This document shows, in pieces, positions 50,270 through 61,034 of a stretch of DNA of 64,000 nucleotides; the stretch's first letter is position 1, and each line of letters begins with the position of its first letter. Location of the stretch: NCBI RefSeq assembly GCF_006345805.1, contig NC_043005.1, forward strand, positions 21,328,001-21,392,000, written 5' to 3'. The notes beneath the pieces are model-generated. The model was not told where the DNA came from and ran no database searches. It saw nothing but the letters and a program-made list of their open reading frames with translations. Both the position numbers and the translations under genes were made by a program. The stretch is from Octopus sinensis. Its lineage: Eukaryota.

Positions 50270-51700
50270 AACTTCTTCCATCACATGACCTCTTTTGCTA
50301 TAGCTATCAGAGAGAGGAATCGGAACTTCTCTGCTCAGTTAAAGGAGGATGTGAGGCAGTCATAATAATGATAGCTAGATCTGTCTCATACACAGCAGCA
50401 GCAGTTTGACATAAATCTTACAAGTCAATAATGCCTGGGCACTAAAGAAGTACATGTAAAATTAATTTGTTCCACTGTGGACATCTTGAACAGCACTGTC
50501 TGACTTGATTTTATTTTTGGTTTCATAGAACCATTTAGTAGCACTACCAAGGATTTTATGAAGTTGCCCCTAGTATTCCAAGAGTTAAAAAATCTTTGAA
50601 AAAATTGCCACTGCATTCATATCAAAGCCCAGAGCATCCCTGATAATATCAGTGCTCTTTCCCCCTCAATAAATTTTCTATAGATTGTGTAATGCTCACC
50701 AATTACATTGCCCACATCAAGTGTGATCCAGTATAACTAGGATTACATTAGATAATCTGGCCTTCCTTTTTTAAGCTAGTGATGTGTGATTGAGAGAGAT
50801 TTTGTTAATATATCTAACATGTTGTACATCCACATAGCAGGTTTCCAAAGTGGCTGGTCCACAGTAAATGTTGAACATATTATTGATTTCAAATTTCAGC
50901 CATTTTGGGGGAGGGGATAAGTTGATTACATTGACCCCAGTGGTCAACTGGTACTTACTTTATCAACTCTGAAATGATGAAAGGTGAAGTTGAATCCAAT
51001 AGCATTTGAACTCAGAACATAAATTCAGAAGAAATGCTGCTAAGCATTTTTCCATAATGATTCAATCAGCTCACTGTCTTATAGTTGAACATAATATTGC
51101 AAGCTAAGTGATCAGATACAGTTTATCCTCTGGTATACTTTGCCTATTTCAACACCTCCACCCGGCTCTTCAGGTGGTCATTGTGATGATGGTGTTGGAC
51201 AACACTTGGTGCAATGTCATTTCATTTAATACGATAACAAACACTTGCATTGACCCACAGTTGCTCAGGCTTGGCATGGACCACATTAATCTCAGAATTA
51301 TTGAAGGGTGGGTGTTCTGAAAATGTCATGATATTGCTATTTCTGACATAGCTATCTTAATAAAAAATAAAAATACCACCTTATTGCAATCAGTTATTTG
51401 TTAAGGGATTAGCCAAAGAGGAAAGCCCCTATTGTTAGACTTTTAAACTTCTTCTGCTATAGCTAGCAGATAGAGGAAAAGGAACTTCTTTGCTCAGTTA
51501 AAGGAGAGAATAGGGCAATAATCATGACAAACTTGAATGATAGCCAAATCTGTACTGCACACAATATTTGATGCATGATATAATCTATAAGTTAATTATG
51601 CCTGGAAACTGAACTAGTGCATGTAAAATTAATATGTTCCACTGTGAACATCTTGAACAACACTATCTGATACTACTTCTATAACTAGATTTTATCTTGG
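50270..51700 (-). mobile_element. Ancient L1/Tx1 relic shared between cassettes (intron S11-A12), with a SINE inserted and a partial local duplication
   Basis: Colinear with 22500-23310 and 35950-36950. SINE at about 50900-51060. 51400-51700 repeats the 50270-50520 part. Confidence 0.6.
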
Positions 51701-51954
51701 TTTAGGCATGTGACCAAACATTAATAGAAAAAGCAATGAAAGCACAGTAACTTTCTATGTAAATGAGACTGACTTGAATTGAGAACCAAACTCTGATCAC
51801 TGACTCACTGCACTCTGTCTATATTTGCATTCAAAGAAACTGAGGGAAAAATACTCAGGGTTACTTCCTGCATCTAAAATGAATAGGACATTGGCTACTT
51901 ATTGAACCAAGCTATGATGCCTTATTAAAATTACACTCTCTATGCCTGTCCATA

Positions 51955-52630
51955 GTGACAAGTCTTCTTTCAGGGCAGAGAAATCTCCCATTTCTGAATA
52001 ATATCATTACAGGTGATGAAAAATGGGTCAACACAGAAAGCAGTGAATTGTCAAGGATAAATTTTCACAACTTACCTCAAAGGCTGAGCACCATGGAAGG
52101 AAGGTTATGTTGTGTGTATGGTAGGGTTGCTGCTGTATTATTCATTGAGTTTTTAAATCAAACACTAAATTCTGACTTACACTCTCAACAGCTGCAACAT
52201 GTGCATGAAGCTCTTTTAAGAAAATGCTGTGCATTCATCAATTGGAGAAACATTGATGATAATGCAAAAATACATTCAGCAAGAATCATGCAGGATGAAA
52301 TACTGGATTTGGGCTGGCATGTTCTACCCCTTCCACCATATTTGCCAGACCTTGCACCAACTGATCTATCTTTTTCGCTCTCTACAAAATGCTCTGATGA
52401 CGAAAAAATGTTCTCATGAACATCAAAAGAAGACATACATTGAAAGCTTCTTCATGCTGAAGCCAGCTGAATTTTATTCAAGAGGAATCAAAAAGCTTTC
52501 TGATAAATTGTAAGAGGTCATTCAAAATAATAACAACTATACTGATAAATGAAAATTATTTGTAAAGTTTTTACATGATGAGAAAAGGTGTTTCACAAAT
52601 TTGGAAATTATTCATGAGTCAACCCATTAG
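51955..52630 (+). mobile_element. Mariner transposase fragment
   Basis: ORF 51955-52419: PFLNNIITGDEKWV..DDNAKIHSA..LPLPPYLPDLAPTDL. Confidence 0.82.
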
Positions 52631-53061
52631 TTACATTCTAGGTTCAAGACCCACCTGGATGTGCTTCACCTTTCATACATGCAAGTTGATAAAGCAAACA
52701 TTAGTCAAGTATTGAGTTTCAATTATTTTCATCTATCCTCACTTGTGTTTAAGTTAGAAATATCAAATATTATTAACTTCAACAATTGTTTTCGTTATAT
52801 AGGTGATGGATTGACAGAATAATTAGAGCAGCAGACAAACTGTGTTGTGATATTTATCCTGGCTCCTTAACTCCTAATTTCAAATTCATCTCATGTCAAC
52901 TTTGCCTTTCCAGAGCCAATGAAATTCAATGCCAGTCAAATGTATAGGCCAATTTAATTGACCAATTCTGACCTCATATTTTTGTCCTGCTTTCTATGTT
53001 AGAAATTATTATTGTTGCTGCCAGTGTTTTTATGTTTAACTAAATTTTAATTTAATTACAG

Positions 53062-53301
53062 TTGCTCAGAACCATTTTATAAGAGTAAAAGATGCAATTC
53101 TGGAGGTATCTGGGAAAATATTATGGAAAAAGGAAAAGGTAACGGCAGACATGTGTGCAGAAAAATGTTTGTCTGACATTACTTGTTTATCATTTGAAAT
53201 AACTAAAGAAAATGGAAAATGTTACTTATCAAAAGAAGGTGCAGCTAACTCTAAGAAAATAGATACAGCCAAAAGTAGAGATTACTACCAACAAATACAA
53301 C
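53062..53301 (+). CDS. Exon A12: PAN/apple-like module, class A
   Basis: tacAG|..C|GTaatt, 240 nt. AQNHFIRVKDAILEVSGKILWKKEKVTADMCAEKCLSDITCLSFEITKENGKCYLSKEGAANSKKIDTAKSRDYYQQIQ. Confidence 0.9.
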
Positions 53302-53944
53302 GTAATTACTCTCTGTATTTTATTATTGAATTTTCTTTTCCTCTTTTACTGAAAGGTTTTATTCCATTTGTATTTCATAATATAAATAACCATTTCTGTA
53401 AAGACATTGACATTTATAAGGAGAGACAAAGATATAGTTCTGAAAAACCAAAGCAGTATTAACTCATAAAGTGCTGGGATTTGCACTAACACAGATGGAC
53501 TGCTGAGCACATTTCATGAAAATGAGACTACCATGCATCCATGAAAAACAAAAAAATAGTTAAAATATCTTAGTATATGATGGTGGCTAGTTTTATATCA
53601 TCTGAAAAGTCATTAGTTGAACTATTAGTCCTCTTGCATTCTGGACATTTGAGTAACATCAGACCCTAACAAAAGTCCATAAATTAAATGCATCTATCTG
53701 GGCCAGAATCGTGGCCTGTCAACATGTGCCTGGCAACCACAATCATGGCCTGTTGCACTTTATGTGATAAGAAATGTAAATACTGTTAGGGTGTTCTCAA
53801 TCGAATTTGTTCACATTGGATACCTTCTTTTTTTTCTCTGTGTGTGTGTGTAAGAAAGGAAACATGTTATTTTTCTTAAACCTGAATTGTAATAGTAGCA
53901 GTAGTAGCTGTAGTAGCAGCAATAGTAGTAGTTGTAATTTCAAA

Positions 53945-54130
53945 TTTTGGCACAAGGCCAGCAGTTTTGAGAGGACATTGTTAATCAACTCCAGTTTTTT
54001 ACTGCGTTATATTCTATCTACACCAGAAGGATGAAAGTTAGATTTCCTCAGCAGAGTTTGAACTTGAATGTAATGAGTTGAAGACATACAGCAAGGTATT
54101 TCACCAGTTGCTACTCTCCTCCATTATCTG
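53945..54130 (-). mobile_element. Old SINE copy orthologous to 26330-26540
   Basis: Same sequence and same flanks as in cassette 2. Confidence 0.65.
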
Positions 54131-54817
54131 ATACACAAAATAACAGGAAAAAAAACAATGCCAGTCTGTTTAGTTATGTATCACCTATATTTTGGCACAG
54201 TTTCTCAGCTCGATGCCCTTCTTGTCACCAGTCATTTTGCTGCATATAATGAGTATATTTTCCCATGCTGCTGAATTAGAAAAGCTGTCTGCTAGGTCTA
54301 AAAAGTTCTCACAACATAAATAAGAAAACTTCCTTAGTTTTAAAAAGCAAACAGCCAGCAAATTCACTTGCATTGATCTCAAGAATTTTATACTTTCCTA
54401 TCAAAATCCCTCCTTCTTGAAACCCTGGGTTCAAGGAATATTCACTAGATTTAGTGACCACAGTGTTAGAATACTCAGGAATGCTAGGATGTCATTTCTA
54501 TCATGATAATTTTTCTGGGTCAAAAAGGAATGTGAGTAATTTTTTTTAATCTGTGAAGAACTTTTTTTTTTTGCTCACCCTCAAAACATTCAACCACATT
54601 CACAGCTCAGGTTTATACAGAGACAGTGGCTTGATAATACATGAGCATCTGTTGTGAGCATCTTTTGTGTAACATGTCTTTATGCAGCTTATCCCCATGA
54701 ATCATGTTGCAGTTATGAGACACATGGGCCAAGGTTAGAAATTCGGCATCTAGAATGCTGCCAGTACTCACAGCTCTGTACCAGTAGAACAAAACCATCA
54801 CCAAGAAAATAACTATA

Positions 54818-54881
54818 GATTAATCAAATGTATAAATTTGATTAATCAAATGTATAAATTTGATTAATCAAATGTATAAAT
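54818..54881. repeat. About 3 x 22-bp tandem repeat
   Basis: Unit gattaatcaaatgtataaattt at 54818, 54840 and 54862. Confidence 0.9.
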
Positions 54882-54889
54882 GACGACTG

Positions 54890-55400
54890 ATTGTGGACAC
54901 CAATAAGAAGAGTCTGAGCAGTATTTTCTGAAAGAATTTAAGGTTGGGAACTATTGGATAACTTCAAAAAGTTGTTGGCATAGTAGTGCTATGACAATGG
55001 GGTAGGGCATTATCTGTTTGAAGCAAGCCCTATAGGGAATAGAAGCACCAATAGCTGAAACTATTCATGGAGGGTATCAAAATTGTCCTGTAAGCCATTG
55101 TTCAATATCCATACTTTAGTGTCATGTGGGCTTGAATCAGACAGTTGCTCTCGAGTACAGGATAAGTTTGGCTATCTGCTGTGACTATAGTACTAATCAA
55201 CACATCACCTTACTTTAGCAGTGAAGGGAGATAAGTCTTTCTTTGGCTGTGAGCAAAGAAACTGTGTGCTGGACTTGTCTAGACAAGCATTTTTCTATCT
55301 TGCCAAGTCCAGAACAATTTCTTCAAATGTTATTTAAATAGGAAGGTTAGAGTACAGACAGAGGTGCTGCTTTCTACCATGTTCATAGATAGGTGGACGA
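54890..55400 (+). mobile_element. L1/Tx1 relic orthologous to 29800-30300
   Basis: ggataacttcaaaaagt..gggcatta..cattgttcaat..tactaatcaacacatcac..caatttcttcaaat shared in order. Confidence 0.6.
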
Positions 55401-56699
55401 AAGTGGCAAGACTGTTGAGTTTGAATGGACCAATGCTAATATTCTTTCCTAAGTAAGAGGAATAGAGTACTTATGATGCCTTTGGAGATGGTAGAGTAAT
55501 TCAGACCTTTTTTGTGTGGAGTTTTCCCCATAATATCCTGGATGGACTTTTCTGCTTTTAAGGAATTTTCTTCTTGAATTTTTTGTTTAAATTTATTTTT
55601 TTTGTTTTTGTTATATCCTTATTATCATTGATATCCTTTGGTCAATATAAACCCCACATATTGTGTTGTATTTTCTTCTTTTATGTTGCCCTCAAGGTCT
55701 TTGGACATGTGGCCAATAACAATAATTATAGCTATTATGATTGTTGTTACTGTTTGTTATTGTTGTCATTATCAACATCATCATCATCATCATAATTTAT
55801 CTAGATTGTTGATCAAGTAATGCTGGAAAGTATCCTATTCAATCACTGATGTAGCAGTATCATTGTAAGCAGTTACAAAGCAAATGAGAAACAATAGAGT
55901 GAGAAAATTACAGAGGCATCAAATTACTGGATCAAGCTATGTGGGTTAGAAAGTGAATCATAGCAAAATTCACCCAAAACAAAGTATAACTAGATGAAAT
56001 GCAATTTGGTTTCATCCCCTCTGTGAAGCTATGGTTGCAATATTCCTAGTGAGCCAACAGCAGGAAACATACTTGCCTAAGTGTAAACTATTGTTCTTGG
56101 CTCTGTACTCAGCCTGTTTTCTATTCATCATAGTCCTTCAGGCTACCACAAAGGAGTGAATAACCAGCTACTCATGGGAACTCCTATATGCTCATGATCT
56201 AGTTCTCATAGCTAAATGAATTGTGGAATGATAGAGGAAATTGCAGACATGAAAAGTAAACCTAGAATCAAACAACCTCAAAGTAAACTTTGCAAAGACT
56301 TTTTTAGTATGTAGGAAGGAAGACAGGGCTCTGACATCTTCATAGAAGTGTTTTGAAGGATATAGGGAAGTGTAGTAGTTATATAAACTCCATAAACTGT
56401 ATTTAGTATAAGCTATGAACACACAAGAGTTTTAGTGGAACCACAGGCAGGCTAACAGAGAAGGTAAGCTTTATTTGTATGTAGCAGATGCACATACTAT
56501 GAGTGAAGTGGAAAAAAGATGCTCTTAAATGGATGGATGTTTCACTAGAAGTAGTTGATTACTCCTGTTACCTAGAAGATATAATAAGCAGGAAGGCTAT
56601 TGCTCACAAAGTATGGTAGCCAGGATAAGTATAAGTTGCATATGTTCGGAGGTCATTTTACTCAGAGTGAAGGGAAGAATATATGACATGATGTTAAGA

Positions 56700-56990
56700 C
56701 TGCAATATTACATGGGTGAAGTCCTACACTGGAGGCTGTTTGTGGTGGTTTGCCATACTTCCCCCATGATCATTGTTACAGATGTTCCGTTCTTTATCCC
56801 CTGTCACCATTTTCTTCAAAAAAGGATTATTTTCTTCCCATTTCTGCAGCAAATTATAGATGGAAATCTGTTGGGTGTAGTTAGCCTCATTCAGTTGATA
56901 CGGAACCCAAACATCAAGCCTGTTGATGTAAGCAAGTTGGTGTAGATGGTTTTCAACACCCAACTTGGATATTTGGGGAATATAAATGAT
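56700..56990 (-). mobile_element. Mariner transposase fragment
   Basis: ORF 56724-57020(-): VENHLHQLAYINRLDVWVPYQL..NPFLKKMVTGDKE. Confidence 0.75.
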
Positions 56991-57359
56991 CATCCTAGTC
57001 ATATAATGGTAGTTGGGCAACAGCCATATGCCAAGTGAATCTCAGTATCTGTAGTAATGTATCTTATCTATATAAGATACGTGATGTGACACAGTCTGAA
57101 TTAACAGATACAACTCAACTAGATGTACTATATCCCATCCATAAGGGACAGATGCAATATGAGTGTGCTGAATAAAGATTCTTGATCAATCCATTGAACA
57201 CTGCAGAGTTCCTGATGTAGATCCAGTGACAATTATATCATAACTGGGAATGACATCAAGTAGCCTAAATGGTGAAAGTGCTCTAATCAACATTCTACCC
57301 CAAATCCAAATAATTACCTATAGAAACATAGATATATATATATATAAATCAAAATCACA

Positions 57360-57757
57360 TCAATGACTGGCATCCGTACTAGAGGAGTGCAAAGAGCACC
57401 ATATGAGTGTAATTGTTGACAGAGTGGCTAACCGGCCTCCATGCCAGTGGCACATAAAAGGCACCATTCAAGTGTGATCGTTACCAACGTCGCCTTACTG
57501 GCACCTGTGCTGGGGGCATGTGTAAAAAGATTCGAGCGAGGTCATTGCCAGTACCACCTGACTGGCTCCCGTGCCGGTGGCACATAAAAAGCACCCACTA
57601 CACTCTCGGAGTGGTTGGCGTTAGGAAGGGCATCCAGCTGTAGAAACTCTGCCAAATCAAGATTGGAGCCTGGTGCAGCCATCTGGTTCACCAGCCCTCA
57701 GTCAAAATCGTCCAACCCATGCTAGCATGGAAAGCGGACGTTAAACGATGATGATGA
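57360..57757 (+). mobile_element. Young RTE 3' tail copy
   Basis: ..cactacactctcggagtggttggcgttaggaagggcatccagctgtag..catggaaagcggacgttaaacgatgatgatg. Confidence 0.85.
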
Positions 57758-58652
57758 TATATATATGCATCTCAGATCAAAAAATTTCCCAATTGGAATT
57801 GTGAAAACCACTTCTGGTACTGTACACATCACATATCTTACTGCAGGTTTCTGCTGCTTTCTTACCTGTTTAAAATTTTTAAAAAGCATGAGGCATCGAT
57901 AATGATGCCAAACTCACAAAATGCAACTGGTCTTGTTGCAATGCAAATTTGTGTTGAACTACAAGGAAGTGTCAAGTATCTAATGAGCACACATGTGCAA
58001 GACATTGACTGAAGTTAGCTACTTATCGAAGTAATTGAAATTTAGTGTTGACAAAAACTGAATGGACTTTCTAGCCAATCCAATAGAAACTATGTTATTA
58101 AAAATTTAGATAATTATGTAGAAGTACCATATAACTGAAATTTTGAATAAAATATTTGAAAGCCATTTGCTTCTTTATTTTTTTAATGGACAATATATTA
58201 TAAAAGATTATTCCATCCACAAAATTTTTTTATGCATGAATTCACTTCCATCTTGAAACATGCTAAGAACCTCACCACATTGTTTAGGCTGTAGATAATC
58301 TGTCTATCTCTCTTATAATGGTGTGTTTTTGTTTAAGACTGAATGGCAATAACAAGAATTTGACATGCTGGCTGGCCATCTTTTGAACAGCATTTAGACC
58401 TTACAAAAGCATGATATTAGTAAAAAGGATGTACAAATGGATCATATGCAACTTAAATTTTGAAACAAAGTTTCAAATAAGTCTGAAGAATTTCTTCATT
58501 CACGTGAATTCTAAGTTGTATTTTGTGGATCAGTTATTTATTTGTAATATATTGTCCATTCAAAACAAATTATGCACCAGATGCTATATAAATTTTAAAT
58601 ATATGTGTGTGTGAGTATAAGATATATTTTTTGTTTCCTTTTTCTTTTCTAG

Positions 58653-58886
58653 CCAACGATGAGTTTGTTGCATTTAAAAAAGCTTTCATACCAGGGTATG
58701 ACACATTTCCACAGCTGACAACTATGAGCTTAATGCAGTGTTATCAAGCCTGTCATAAAACCCTAAGATGTAACTCCTTTGAGTATCATGAAAGAAGAAA
58801 GCTCTGTAATCGAAGTAATGTGACTCATTTGACTCACAACCTTATACCCAACAAAGAGGGTTGGGATATTTACCTCATTAACCCAG
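58653..58886 (+). CDS. Exon B13: PAN/apple-like module, class B
   Basis: tctAG|..G|GTcagt, 234 nt. NDEFVAFKKAFIPGYDTFPQLTTMSLMQCYQACHKTLRCNSFEYHERRKLCNRSNVTHLTHNLIPNKEGWDIYLINP. Confidence 0.9.
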
Positions 58887-59598
58887 GTCAGTAGAGCATT
58901 TTCATTTAATTTTTTGTGTGTGCTTGTGTATGTTTGTGTTCATTTGTATTTACATATATGTGCATTTATGATACATACACACACACTCTCATACACATAT
59001 ATGCACATCAGTTCTAGGGACCCTGTAGCTTCGTCAACAGCTTGTTAGCATCTATCATACATATGGCTTGTATAGAACAATAAAAAAACAATAAATAAAT
59101 AAATAAATTGATCTATAAAATTTTTTAATCAACATATCAGATTCACTTCATGTATAAAAATTAATGAAGTAATTTTGATGATAAATACTGCACAACACCT
59201 GATTCAATTACCCTTTACATTGTACCATATGTGATAAATAAACACATGAATAATAAAAATGGATAAATGCATTTAAATACAAAACATTATTCTGAACCAG
59301 AAAAATTCACAATATATGTGTTATTATGTCATATACTGTTATGATCTGCTTCATCTTCAGGGACATTACTGCTTACTATCAAATCAAATTCCATGTTGAA
59401 TATTGATGTGGAATTGAAGCATATCATGACATAATTGCACTTTTAATTTGAATCTTTCTGCTTTGAAAATATATTGTACTTAACTGCATTTGCCCATTAT
59501 TATCATTGATATGGCAGTTCAGCCAAAGGAAGACTGATAAAGTATCAAGCTTGAAAAAGGGTATTTGGTCAGTTTGTTATATATTTTACGTGTGTATG

Positions 59599-59636
<38 letters not shown>

Positions 59637-59879
59637 TACCCACAGGGGGGCTAAACATAGAGGAGATAAACAAGGACAGGCAAAGGGATTAAGTCAATTA
59701 CATCGACTCCAGTGTGTAACTGGTACTTACTTAATCGAACCTGAAAGGATGAAAGTCAAAGTCAACCTCGGCAGAATTTGAACTCAGAACATAACAGCAG
59801 ACGAAATACAACTAAACATTTCGCCCAGTGTACTAACAATTCTGCCAGCTCACCACACTAATGTATATATATTGGTCAG

Positions 59880-60580
59880 TAAATGTAAATGGCACCTGTG
59901 AGTCATAGTCATTGCTGGTGTCATGCAAATGGCATCCATGAATCATAGTCGCGGTTGCTGCTAGTGCCATGTAAATGGCACCCACATGTGAATCATAGTC
60001 ATGGTCATTGTAGGTGCCATATAAATAGCACCCACCCTTCGATTGTAGTTGTGGTTGTTGCCAGTGTTATGTAAAAGGTAGATAAAAGCATCCATTATAC
60101 TTCTGGAGTGGTTGGCATTAGGAAGGGCATTCAGCCATAGAAACCATGCCACATCAGACTGGAACCTGGTATAGTTCTCCAGTTAATTAGTTCCAGTCAA
60201 ACTGTCTAACTCATGCTAGCAGGAAGAACAGATGTTAAATGATGATGATGAGGAGGAGGAGGAGGAGAATATATATATATACATATCCGTTGTCTATGCT
60301 GGCATGGTTTGACCAGTGTTGGCAAGCTGGAAGGTTGCACCAGACTCCAATATGACTTGGCATGGTTTCTATGGCTGGATGCTTTTCCTAACGCCAACCA
60401 CTCCAGGTGTGTAACAGGTGCTTTTGTGTACCAGCAGCACAGGTGCCATTTGCAAGACACTGGTACCAACTACAACTATGACCCATGGTTGGGTGCTATT
60501 TATATGGCACTGACAATGACCATGACTATGATTCATGGGTGTTCTTTGCATGACACCAGCAATAACTAGGACACACAGGT
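59880..60580. mobile_element. Two RTE 3' UTR/tail copies of one subfamily, tail-to-tail inverted
   Basis: 59880-60250(+) and 60290-60580(-) share tcattgctggtgtcatgcaaa, tgaatcatagtcatggtcattgt and gccatataaatagcaccca. Confidence 0.8.
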
Positions 60581-60608
60581 GGCATTTACATTCACTGACC
60601 AACACACG

Positions 60609-60640
<32 letters not shown>

Positions 60641-61034
60641 CACACAGGCACAGGAGTAGTTGTGTGATAAGTAGCTTGCTTACCAACCACATTGTTGAAC
60701 TTGGGATCTTGGGGAGAGAATGCAAATCCTTAATTCATATGTTAGAAATGATCACAATATCTGGAACTATAGAAATTTGCAAGACCTTAAGATTTAAAGG
60801 CTGATAGTGAAAATAGATACATACATGCATGCTTACATGCATACATGCATGCATACATACATACATACATCATACATACATACATACATACATACATACA
60901 TACATACATGTGGGCAAATTTTTTTAAAGTTTGGTTCATTCAATAACTTTCATTGCAGCATTGTCATTATCTCCTTATTCTCACCCATCTAATATACACT
61001 CACCATTGATATCAATTTCTCTTATCAATTTTAG

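Noticed and set aside
54818-54881. 22-bp tandem containing the palindrome tttgattaatcaaa as a regulatory array
   Set aside because: AT-rich slippage inside an L1 relic and absent from the sister cassette; no evidence of function.
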